Of a stretch of DNA of 64,000 nt, positions 1 to 10,300 are shown in pieces; the first letter of the stretch is position 1; the number at the start of each line of letters is the position of its first letter. The stretch covers positions 3,838 to 67,837 of the forward strand of contig JAHZHC010000016.1 of assembly GCA_019420505.1 (NCBI GenBank), written 5' to 3'. The notes beneath the pieces were generated by a model that was given only the letters and a program-made list of their open reading frames with translations, searched no databases and was not told the origin of the DNA. This DNA comes from Ruminococcus sp. (GTDB taxonomy: Bacteria > Bacillota > Clostridia > Oscillospirales > Ruminococcaceae). A program made the position numbers and the translations under genes.

Positions 1-4
1 ATAA

Positions 5-1045
<1,041 letters not shown>

Positions 1046-1055
1046 TTGTATAATT

Positions 1056-1085
1056 AAAAAGCTCAGCTGTGGCTGGGCTTTTTTA
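1056..1085 (+). terminator. Intrinsic terminator after ilvC
   Basis: AGCTCAGC-tgtg-GCTGGGCT hairpin (8 bp including one G-U) followed by a T-run at 1079-1085. Confidence 0.7.
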
Positions 1086-1105
1086 ATAAAATCATATCTG
1101 ATCTG

Positions 1106-1145
1106 AAAGGAGCTGCGGAATAAAACCGCAGAATTTAAATTTATG
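1106..1145 (+). promoter_or_regulatory. era translation-initiation region: SD, hairpin, ATG
   Basis: AAAGGAG at 1106-1112, then hairpin CTGCGG-AATAAAA-CCGCAG at 1113-1131, then 11 nt, then ATG at 1143. Confidence 0.4.
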
Positions 1146-2060
1146 CATACTAATACGAATACAAAAAATGCTTTTGTTACTATAATAGGCCGGCCTAATG
1201 CAGGAAAATCCTCGCTTCTTAATGCTCTTGTCGGAGAAAAAATCGCTGCGGTGAGCGCAAAACCACAGACAACACGTACAAAAATAACCGGTGTGATAAC
1301 AAAAGATGAAACGCAATATGTATTTATGGATACTCCGGGTATGCATAAATCAAAAAATAAACTTTCTGAACATATGATGAAAACTGTTAATGAATCGGTT
1401 GCTGATGTGGACATTGCAATGTTTGTTGCGGATTGCACTAAAAAGTCATCTGAAAATGAAAGGCTACTTCTTAATAACCTTAAATCAAATAGAGGAAAAT
1501 CAATTTTAATTATTAATAAAATTGATTTGCTTGATAATAAAGAGGACTTAATTAAAATTATTGCTGATTATTCAACTCTGCATGATTTTGATGAGGTTAT
1601 TCCTGTAAGCGCCTTAACCGGAGATGGTCTTGATATTATTATGAAAATATTAAGTAAATATGCAATTGACGGACCGCATTATTTCCCTGATGATATGTTA
1701 ACCGATCAGCCTGAAAAAGTAATTATGGCTGAAATAATACGGGAAAAGGCTTTAAATAATTTAAATGAAGAGATTCCCCATGGAATTGCTGTAACAATTG
1801 AATCGCTTAAAGAACGTGATAACAGGGCAGGGGAAACAATTCTTGATATATCAGCAGTGATTTATTGTGAACGTGATTCTCACAAAGGAATAGTTATTGG
1901 CAAGAATGGTTCTATGCTGAGAAAAATCGGAGCCGAATCTAGAATTGAACTTGAAGATTTCTTTCAGATTAAGGTTAATCTTCAATGTTGGGTGAAAGTA
2001 AAAGAAGGCTGGCGCAACCGTGAAGGCATGATCAAAAATTTTGGCCTTTCATCTAATTAA
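1143..2060 (+). CDS. era: GTPase Era
   Basis: G1 motif GRPNAGKSSLLN, G2 region PQTTR, DTPG and NKID motifs, and a C-terminal KH-like region (IYCERDSHKGIVIGKNG). Confidence 0.95.
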   Translation: MHTNTNTKNAFVTIIGRPNAGKSSLLNALVGEKIAAVSAKPQTTRTKITGVITKDETQYVFMDTPGMHKSKNKLSEHMMKTVNESVADVDIAMFVADCTKKSSENERLLLNNLKSNRGKSILIINKIDLLDNKEDLIKIIADYSTLHDFDEVIPVSALTGDGLDIIMKILSKYAIDGPHYFPDDMLTDQPEKVIMAEIIREKALNNLNEEIPHGIAVTIESLKERDNRAGETILDISAVIYCERDSHKGIVIGKNGSMLRKIGAESRIELEDFFQIKVNLQCWVKVKEGWRNREGMIKNFGLSSN

Positions 2061-2139
2061 TTGCAGTGTAAAAATTACCGCTTATATTATTAAATTAAAA
2101 AGCAAATTCTAATACTATAATAAATCGGAGGTAATATTT

Positions 2140-2262
2140 ATGGATTTGTGGGAAGCATTCACCAAGAGCGGTAAAATAACTGATTATTTGAAATATAAAT
2201 CAACATCAGATAAGGAACATATATATGATAACCTTGAAAGCGCTTGTGGTTCGAGAGAATAA
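2140..2262 (+). CDS. YqzL-like small protein (40 aa, below the ORF-track cutoff)
   Basis: GGAGGT at 2127-2132 lies 7 nt before ATG 2140. Translation is MDLWEAFTKSGKITDYLKYKSTSDKEHIYDNLESACGSRE. The W-x2-F-x2-[ST]-G-x-I-x2-YL-x-YK pattern and the position between era and recO match my memory of the YqzL family. It overlaps the annotated recO start by 38 nt. Confidence 0.45.
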   Translation: MDLWEAFTKSGKITDYLKYKSTSDKEHIYDNLESACGSRE

Positions 2263-2977
2263 AATAGGGGAGAGCAGTAAGGCTGTTACTGTTCTTTCAA
2301 GTGAATTAGGTATAATTGATATATTTATTCGGGGCGGGGCTAAAAGCAGTAAAAGCACTTCTTCAACTCAGCTTTTTTCTTATTCTAAATTCTGTTTGGA
2401 TGAAAAAAAAGATGCTTATGGACACGTGAATTATTATTTAAACAGCTGCGAACCGTTAAATATATTTTATAATTTAAGATTAGACGCCAAAAAAACGGCT
2501 TTAGGCTGCTATTTTTGTGATTTACTTTGCTTTTCAAGAATTGAAAATTCTTTTTGCGGGGAAATATTAAAACTATCATTAAACAGTCTTTATTTTCTTG
2601 ATAAAGGCAAGCATGATATGGAGCTTTTGAAATCTATATTTGAATTCAGACTGCTTTGTGAAATTGGGTTCAGACCTAATTTAGTCGGCTGCAATAAATG
2701 CTATGTATATGAATGTGAAAAAATGCATTTTAATTTCAAATCAGGGCTTTTGGAATGCGATAATTGCTGTTATAATCCCGAAAGTATTTTTGATATAATC
2801 TTTGACCCTACACTGCTTTACATAGTTCGATTTATTGCTTTGACTGACTATAATAAGTTATTTAATTTTAAAATAAATGAGAAATATCAAAAAAAACTTA
2901 CTGATTTTACGGAACGTTTTGTAAAATATAATTTTAAAGAGAATTTTGATACTTTAGAATTCTATAGAATGCTATAG
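2225..2977 (+). CDS. recO: DNA repair protein RecO
   Basis: 250 aa with an N-terminal OB-fold-like region (ALVVRENKIGESSKAVTVLSSELG) and a Cys-x2-Cys ... Cys-x2-Cys zinc motif (CNKC...CDNC). Shows the conserved era-recO synteny. Confidence 0.85.
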   Translation: MITLKALVVRENKIGESSKAVTVLSSELGIIDIFIRGGAKSSKSTSSTQLFSYSKFCLDEKKDAYGHVNYYLNSCEPLNIFYNLRLDAKKTALGCYFCDLLCFSRIENSFCGEILKLSLNSLYFLDKGKHDMELLKSIFEFRLLCEIGFRPNLVGCNKCYVYECEKMHFNFKSGLLECDNCCYNPESIFDIIFDPTLLYIVRFIALTDYNKLFNFKINEKYQKKLTDFTERFVKYNFKENFDTLEFYRML

Positions 2978-3045
2978 TAATATTGATTTTTACTTATCAA
3001 TGGTAATTGTGATTAGAAGGTTCAAAATTCGCCCAAAACATCAAA

Positions 3046-3085
3046 AGGGAGGATATGCTCATAACGGAGCATTAATAGAATAATG
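3046..3085 (+). promoter_or_regulatory. mutS2 translation-initiation region: SD, hairpin, ATG
   Basis: AGGGAGG at 3046-3052, hairpin ATGCTC-ataacg-GAGCAT at 3055-3072, then 10 nt, then ATG at 3083. There is no SD closer to the ATG. Confidence 0.4.
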
Positions 3086-5470
3086 AATAATTTTTGTGAG
3101 GTTTTGGAGTTACATAAGGTTTTAAAGCTTTTGGAAAAAGAATGTGCTAATAACAGAACTAAAGAGCTTACATTAAAATTAAAGCCTTGCAGTGATTTAT
3201 TTACTGTAAAAAGGGAAGTTCACAAGACTTCATCAGCTTTGGAACTGGCAATAAAATACGGTACACCTTTTTTTACAGATATTAAAGATATCACAGCTTC
3301 GCTTAAACGTGCTGAAGCCGGCGGAGTATTGACTCTTAAAGAACTTATTGAAATAAAAAGAGTACTTTTTCAAATTCGTGAATTAAAAAATTGGCGTGAT
3401 GATTTTGAAAAAGAAACTCCTATAGATTATCTTTTTGAATGTTTGATTCCCAATAAGTCTTTAGAAAATAAGATCGAAAAATCAATAATTGATGAAAATG
3501 AACTTGCAGACGATGCCAGTCCGGAATTATCATCAATAAGACGAAAGATAAGTCATTCAAGCATCAAAATCCGTGAGATACTTGACAAGATGATCAAATC
3601 ATCTTCAACACAGAAATATTTGCAGGAATGTGTAGTTACTATGCGTGATGGCAGGTATGTTCTTCCTGTCAAGACTGAACACAAAGGAAATGTTCAGGGT
3701 CTTATTCATGATACATCTGCTACCGGATCAACACTTTTTATTGAGCCAATGGCAGTCGTTGAGGCAAATAATGATATAAGAATTTTAAAGGGAAAAGAGC
3801 AGGATGAAATTCACCGCATAATATCAGAATTATCGTCTGAATGCGGCAATATGAAAAGCGAGCTTTTATCCGGTTTTGACGCTGTAGTAAATTTGAATTT
3901 ATATTTTGCAAAAGCAAATCTTGCTGCAAAGATGAAAGCCTGTAAGCCTGAGATAAATGACAAAAGTATAATAATTTTAAATAAAGCAAGACATCCTTTG
4001 ATAGATCCTGATAAAGTTGTTCCGATTGATTTTTCTATCGGAAGCGAATATAATACTTTAATAATTACCGGTCCGAATACAGGAGGAAAAACTGTTACAT
4101 TAAAAACTGTTGGATTACTTACGTTAATGACAATGTGCGGATTATTGATTCCTGCATCAGATGGTTGTCAGATTGCAATATACAATAATATTTTAGTTGA
4201 CATTGGCGATCAGCAATCTATTGAGCAAAATCTTTCAACTTTTTCTTCGCATATAAACAAGGTAATTGAAATTCTTAAAACTGCTGATAATCACAGTTTG
4301 GTTTTACTTGACGAGCTTGGTTCAGGTACAGATCCTATAGAAGGCGCTGCTTTAGCATTATCAATTATTGAAAAACTAAAAAATAACGGAGTTACCCTTG
4401 TAACAACAACTCATTATCAGGAACTGAAAATGTATGCAATTGATACAGACAATGTTCAAAATGCTTCCTGTGAATTCAATGTTGAAACTCTTCAGCCCAC
4501 CTACAAGCTTATTATTGGAACTCCAGGCAAATCCAACGCTTTTGCAATTTCAAAAAAACTCGGCATGTCTGATGATATTATTGAATATGCTGAATCACTT
4601 ATATCAAGCGAAAATAAAAAGTTTGAAAGCATAATTGACAGTCTTGAAAAAACGAGAATCAAGCTAAATGAGAACAATATAATTGCAGAAAGATTAAGAT
4701 ATGAAAACGAACAGCTTCGCAATGAGATGGTCATGGAACGTGAAAAGCTGGAAGAAGAAAAGTCTTTTGAACTTGAAAAAGCAAGGCGTGAATCGGCAGA
4801 AATACTTAAACGTGTTACCCGTGAATCACAGTCGCTGATTGATGAACTTGAATCAATCAGAAAACAAAAGTCAAAAGATAATTTTGCCCAAATGACTGTT
4901 GAGGCTAAACACAAACAAAAAAATACACTTGACAGAATTTATCAGGAAGCCAATTCAGTTGCTGAAAATAATGATAACTACGTACTTCCTCGTCCGTTAA
5001 AAAAAGGTGACAGGGTTATTATTTCTGATACAAACAGAAATGGAATTATTATTTCTCCGCCTGATAATAAAGGGATCTGCTTTGTTCAAATAGGTATAAT
5101 GAAAACGAAAGTTGATATTTCTAAAATTAGGTTGGTTGAAAAGATAAAGAATGACAAAGCAAATGAAAAAAAGAAAAAATCTAATTCAATTTCAACTAAA
5201 GGTATAGAAAATCGAATGACCCGCAGGGTTCAATCAGAACTTGATATAAGAGGTTATGCTTCTGACGACGGCATATATGAAGTAGACAGCTTTCTTGATG
5301 ACGCTGTAATGTCGGGATTATCAGTTGTTACTATAATTCACGGAAAGGGAACAGGTGTGCTTAAGAATGCCGTGAGGAATCATTTAAAACACCATCCTCA
5401 CGTTAAATCATCACGTAAAGGAGTTTACGGAGAAGGTGAAGATGGTGTCACTGTAGTCGAATTAAAATAA
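3083..5470 (+). CDS. mutS2: Endonuclease MutS2
   Basis: 795 aa. Walker A GPNTGGKT, Walker B LVLLDELGSGTDP, a long E/K-rich coiled coil, and a C-terminal Smr domain (LDIRGY...IIHGKGTGVLK). Confidence 0.95.
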   Translation: MNNFCEVLELHKVLKLLEKECANNRTKELTLKLKPCSDLFTVKREVHKTSSALELAIKYGTPFFTDIKDITASLKRAEAGGVLTLKELIEIKRVLFQIRELKNWRDDFEKETPIDYLFECLIPNKSLENKIEKSIIDENELADDASPELSSIRRKISHSSIKIREILDKMIKSSSTQKYLQECVVTMRDGRYVLPVKTEHKGNVQGLIHDTSATGSTLFIEPMAVVEANNDIRILKGKEQDEIHRIISELSSECGNMKSELLSGFDAVVNLNLYFAKANLAAKMKACKPEINDKSIIILNKARHPLIDPDKVVPIDFSIGSEYNTLIITGPNTGGKTVTLKTVGLLTLMTMCGLLIPASDGCQIAIYNNILVDIGDQQSIEQNLSTFSSHINKVIEILKTADNHSLVLLDELGSGTDPIEGAALALSIIEKLKNNGVTLVTTTHYQELKMYAIDTDNVQNASCEFNVETLQPTYKLIIGTPGKSNAFAISKKLGMSDDIIEYAESLISSENKKFESIIDSLEKTRIKLNENNIIAERLRYENEQLRNEMVMEREKLEEEKSFELEKARRESAEILKRVTRESQSLIDELESIRKQKSKDNFAQMTVEAKHKQKNTLDRIYQEANSVAENNDNYVLPRPLKKGDRVIISDTNRNGIIISPPDNKGICFVQIGIMKTKVDISKIRLVEKIKNDKANEKKKKSNSISTKGIENRMTRRVQSELDIRGYASDDGIYEVDSFLDDAVMSGLSVVTIIHGKGTGVLKNAVRNHLKHHPHVKSSRKGVYGEGEDGVTVVELK

Positions 5471-5478
5471 TAAGTATG

Positions 5479-5519
5479 CAGCAGCAAGATCATTTAACAT
5501 TATTCTTGCTGCTGTTTTT
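5479..5519. terminator. Terminator hairpin between convergent mutS2 and the recombinase gene
   Basis: CAGCAGCAAGA ... TCTTGCTGCTG (11-bp stem) followed by TTTTT on the plus strand. The loop and right arm overlap the 3' end of the recombinase ORF. Confidence 0.6.
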
Positions 5520-6488
5520 CATTTTACTCAAAGGATTTGCATCAGCAGCCCGACGCAGGTTTTCATCAGATAAATGCGTATATATTTCAGTTGTTGAAAT
5601 ACTTTTATGTCCTAAAATATCACGTAAAACAAGTGTATCTACATTGCCGTGCTGATACATTAATGTAGCGGCGGTGTGCCTTAATTTATGTGTTGTGACA
5701 CCTAAATTGGATAAACCGGCACGTTTCAGATTTTCTTCGACTATTTGCTGAACTCTGCGTTTATTTATTCTTGTTTTATTAGCCGATAAAAAAATAGCGT
5801 CTTTATCTTTAGCTGTTTCATCAGGACGAATATAATCCAAATAGTTATTCAAAGCTTCAATACAAGATTGATTAAGATAAACAATACGTTGTTTATTTCC
5901 TTTACCGAGAACTCTGAGAGTTTTATTATCACGGCTGTAATCAGATATATTTAAACCAACAAGTTCGCTCAATCGCATACCGCAATTAAGAAAAAGAACA
6001 ATAATACAATAGTCACGGTCTTTATTCTTAGAATCAATACTTTCGAGCAATTTTATACTTTCTTCAAGCGATAAAAAAATCGGAAGCTTATTTTTTACTC
6101 TTGGAAGTTCCAAATCTCTTAGCGGATTTTCTTCAATAAGCTTAACTTTATTGGACAAATAGCTATAAAATTGTTTTAAGGCAGAAGTTTTTCTCGCACG
6201 GGTTGCAGTTCCATTATTTCTCACGTCTTTTAAAAATTTTAGATAAACATAAGCGTCCGGCAATGTAAAATGTTCTATCCATTCTATTGGCACATCATTT
6301 ATAGCAATATCTGACCAATCATCAGTTGGTGAAGCGGCTTTATGCTTAATTTTGAGATATCTGAGAAAGGTTCTGATATCTATATAATAAGCTTCTTCGG
6401 TTCGATCGGCTCTGTCTTTTATTATTTTAAGGTTAGTCAGAAAATCTTCTAAATAGTAAGGACAATCATCTATATATTTTTGTTTCAT
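5490..6488 (-). CDS. Site-specific tyrosine recombinase, XerC/XerD-like
   Basis: 332 aa with an N-terminal SAM-like core-binding domain. Catalytic signature: R (ARKTSALKQF), HKLRHTAAT (HxxR), LGHKSISTTEIYTH (H/Y nucleophile). Confidence 0.85.
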   Translation of the reverse strand: MKQKYIDDCPYYLEDFLTNLKIIKDRADRTEEAYYIDIRTFLRYLKIKHKAASPTDDWSDIAINDVPIEWIEHFTLPDAYVYLKFLKDVRNNGTATRARKTSALKQFYSYLSNKVKLIEENPLRDLELPRVKNKLPIFLSLEESIKLLESIDSKNKDRDYCIIVLFLNCGMRLSELVGLNISDYSRDNKTLRVLGKGNKQRIVYLNQSCIEALNNYLDYIRPDETAKDKDAIFLSANKTRINKRRVQQIVEENLKRAGLSNLGVTTHKLRHTAATLMYQHGNVDTLVLRDILGHKSISTTEIYTHLSDENLRRAADANPLSKMKNSSKNNVK

Positions 6489-6509
6489 TATTTGCCTTCT
6501 TTCACTTCT

Positions 6510-6545
6510 CTCAGTTTCACTAAATTTTTATTTAGTGAAACTGAG
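6510..6545. repeat. Perfect 36-bp palindrome (16-4-16) upstream of the recombinase gene
   Basis: CTCAGTTTCACTAAAT TTTT ATTTAGTGAAACTGAG, read directly. It lies 21 nt upstream of the recombinase ATG and 43 nt downstream of the yunB stop. No flanking U-tract on the minus strand. Confidence 0.9.
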
Positions 6546-6588
6546 CATTATTATATTTAATACTTCACTTTTATATGATAATATGCTT

Positions 6589-7221
6589 TTATACTTTATA
6601 GGTTCCGATATATCCATTTGGAATATCACCTACTATAATAGTTTCTGAAATAACATAATCATTTTTTACGGTAATGTCTGTGGAATGTGCCGGTAGAATC
6701 GCAGACAGCTCAATGGTTACTCTAAGAACTAATCTATGCTTTGTCTGATTTATACCCGCAGATGTAAACTCACTTAATATTTCAGAATCTGCTGCACCGA
6801 TCTGATGCAGTCTTAAATTAATATCAGGTCCACGTCCGCTGAGAAATGTCACACCTGACATAGTACCTATTGGAATAGAAATCTTATTATTTTCAATATT
6901 AGACAAATTATTATTTATTGTTTCTTTTAATTGAGTCTGAAGATTATTTATAAGTTTTGAATCAGTTTCAATAGAAATTATTTTTCCATACTCATCACGT
7001 TCGATGTTTATATAGCTTTGTTGTTCACTTCCCGTTAATTGTTCATTTATTGCTTCTGAAATTAAATGGTTTGCAGTTTCTCTGCCTTTATATTCGCAAA
7101 TTTCAGACATATGCTTATTTAACTGCTTATAAAACAAACAAATTATTATGCTCAATAAAACAGCAGCTATTAGTATAATATGTAATATTTTATTGGTTTT
7201 TGTATCAGAATATTTTCTCAA
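6589..7221 (-). CDS. yunB: Sporulation protein YunB
   Basis: N-terminal TM helix, and conserved tail GRGPDINLRL...SEFTSAGINQTKHRLVLRVTIE...IIVGDIP typical of YunB. The likely start is the in-frame TTG at 7221, preceded by GAGGTGG. The track start at 7260 looks too long. Confidence 0.75.
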   Translation of the reverse strand: MRKYSDTKTNKILHIILIAAVLLSIIICLFYKQLNKHMSEICEYKGRETANHLISEAINEQLTGSEQQSYINIERDEYGKIISIETDSKLINNLQTQLKETINNNLSNIENNKISIPIGTMSGVTFLSGRGPDINLRLHQIGAADSEILSEFTSAGINQTKHRLVLRVTIELSAILPAHSTDITVKNDYVISETIIVGDIPNGYIGTYKV

Positions 7222-7317
7222 TTTAACCACCTCACATGTTCTTATAATATACAAAAACACAGAGATTTGTTAAAAGAATTACGAAATAACAATAAATTTA
7301 TTGATATAGGCGCTCCC

Positions 7318-10300
7318 CTATTTGGGCTTTATAATATTTTCAATTTCTTGATTAAGTTTATCTATATCTGATTTATCTGTTTTTCTTGGATTTTTAGGTG
7401 ATGAATTTCCGCAAATGCTCCAATATTCACAATATGTACAAGCCAGTGATTTTGAAGTTTCAATTGGATCCGCAAATATTTCTCCGCACTTCAGTTTACT
7501 TGCCATTTCATAAAGCTTCATTAGAGCAAACTGCTCAAGCCCGATAAAATATTCTTCTGTAACCGGCTTCTTACTGTTACCGCTTATTTCACCTTTTGAT
7601 GTAAATTTGAAAGGTGTGAATACGCCGGAAAAGCGCTTATTTAGGGCTTTAAAGGTAAATTCATTTTCAACCATCATACCATCGGGTTTATATGTTGAGG
7701 CACGTTTTATTACAAGCTCCTCATCTAAATCGTCCCCTTTTTTCAGTTGCTCTATTTCATCAGGTGTAAAACCGGCTTTAACAAAATTAATATGAGAATA
7801 TAATATTGCTGATGGTTTTAAATCTCCACTGTGATTCAGATCATTCTCCCTTTGTGTAACCGCAAGCAGATATATTAGCATCTGCAAATTCAGACCATTA
7901 TAAAGCTCTTCAAGACGTAATGTTGTATCACCGGTTTTATAATCCACAATTCTTATGTACTGTTCACCATTTTCGGCTTTATAAATATCTGCACGGTCTA
8001 TGCTACCTCGAATATTTATTTTTATATCGTCGTCAAGCTTAAGCTGTAATATACTTTTACCGTTATCTTTAGTTAGATTATATTCAAAAGCCCTGGGCAC
8101 AAAAAGCGAATCCATAAATTCTGTTTGAATATTCTTCACAGCAAAAAATGCAGAATTTTCAAGGCGTTTCATGGCCTCAACAAAAGAGGAAGTTTTTCCG
8201 AAGTTTCCACCCAAAAATTCATTTGTATATTTAATAAATTCTTCATGTATCCTGTTCTTTATTACATCATCTGAGAGTTTGATAAAATTCACATCATAAG
8301 TACTTTTTCCGTTTTCATCTTTTACACTCATGATTTTTTCAAAACAGCTATGAATCAAATTACCGGTATTCATTGGATTAATTTCTACTGCTGAGGGTGA
8401 TTTCAGCTTTAAACCGTATTTACAATAATAAGAAAACGGACATGAATAATAATCCTTAACCCTTGTTGCAGACAGATTCATTTCACGATTAAAAAATAAT
8501 TTTTCAGCCATTTTGGATGTTAATTCATGTTTTTGTTTTTTTGACACAGCATTTACAAAATCAAGTTTTAGTTTATAGATATCAGATTCTTTTAGTGACT
8601 CACCGACTGAAGCCGTTATAGCATCCTTATCACTTGATTTTTCAAGATATTTATAAAAAGCGGTTCTATATGACGTACAAAAAAAGTCAATGGGCATATC
8701 CTGTATTTTAGTTTCTATATTTCCAAACATTCGTTTTATCATTGAAACAATAACAGACGGACGTTTTAATGAGCCTTGAAAATCTGATTCGGAATATGTA
8801 ATATAAAGCTTATCCTCCGGCATTGTTAAAGCAAGATAAACATTAAGTCTTTCTCCTTCAATTTGTTTCATAGTATTACTTGACACATTAAGATTTAACT
8901 GCTCAAGACTTTTCTTATCATTATTAGTCAACAGTCCGTTGTTTCTGATATCAGCAGGAAATATACCATTGTTTGCTTCAATGACAAAGGCAACCTTTAC
9001 ATCAGAAAGCCTCGAATGATCTGTAGATGCAATTCTTATACAATCTACTGTCTGAGGAGGTTTTGAAACGGTCATTTCAGAAATCATTAAAGCAAAAATA
9101 TCACTGAACTCTCTTAATGACATTTTTTCATCGTCAAATTTTGTATAAATCGCAGTAATTGCAGACAATACAGTTTTCCACAGCTGTTTAAATTCTCTTG
9201 CAAGTTCAAAATCTTTTTCCTTATCAGAAGTGGCTGTCTTGATTTTTGAAAACATTTGCTGAGACAAATTAATTTCATCTAACATTTTATATAATGCGAG
9301 ACATATATCTTTTGCTGTGGCATTTGAGCATGATTTTTTTAATTCATAAAGGGGGGATATAATTTTTCTTCTTGTTTCATTAATTCGTTTCAGTGAACTC
9401 CCCTCATCAGCCGGTGCTGTAAACTCGCTGTCCCACATATCACCGTCTACATTCCATGTAATACAATAATTCTCAATGTCACAAATGTCGTAATCAAGAA
9501 AATCAGAAAGGGGTGATTTTATATATTTTAATATTTTCTCCGTACTCCATTTTCTTGAAACTACGCAATCAAATATACTTTTCAGATATAAAACCAAGGC
9601 AGATCGTCCGGCATTAAGGGAGCAGTCAATAAAATACGGTATTTCATAACGCTCAAATGTTCCTTCTAAAATAGGTGAAATTTCCTGAATATTGCCTAAA
9701 AGAATTGCAATATCCTTATATCTATAACCTTCTTCCCTTACAAGTCTTGAAATTTCCGAACATATATATTCTGTTTCTTCATAAACATCTGTTCCTGAAA
9801 CTATTTTAATATTATCTGTTTGATTAGATTTGACAGGACTTGTACTATAAAGATTTTCATCTATGTGGATTATTTCAGCGGAACAATTATTTTTATCCGT
9901 TTTCACTTTATATTCTTCAACGATAATATTTTTATAGACAGCTAAATTTTTAATATTTTGTGCAGTTCGTATAGTTTCGGCAAAAGGAGACTGATACAAT
10001 CTCGCTTTATTTTCATGAGAAAAGATCAGAGATATAGTAATCTGAAGCGATTGCTTCAACATACATTCTATTAAATTAATCTCATCAACAGAAAAATCTG
10101 TAAAGGAATCAATAAAAATTGATTTTCCTTTAAAAAATTTATTCTTCTCCGCTAATTCGCAGCACTCCCCTAAAGCTGTTAAGGAATCTTTCAAGCCTAA
10201 CTTATCAAGTTCATCTAAGTAGAAGTAAAATATTCTTGATAGATCAAACAATTTTATTTGTAACGAACCGCTGGATTTTTCAGATGCCAATCTTAAATCC

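Noticed and set aside
3055-3075. Six-codon mini-ORF MLITEH as a leader peptide for mutS2.
   Set aside because: Its ATG is only 2 nt from the SD, which is too close for initiation. The ATG and the stop-proximal codons form the two arms of a hairpin. I interpret this as structure, not coding.
4501-4914. 137-aa Ser-rich minus-strand ORF.
   Set aside because: It is the mirror image of the E/K-rich coiled-coil region of MutS2, where GAA/AAA codons read as TTC/TTT/TCT on the other strand. It is not independent coding.
5490-6488. Tyrosine recombinase as the integrase of an integrated mobile element.
   Set aside because: There are no flanking direct repeats, no phage, conjugation or cargo genes, and no adjacent tRNA. 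The neighbours (mutS2, yunB, addB) are core genes. A Xer-like housekeeping role fits better.
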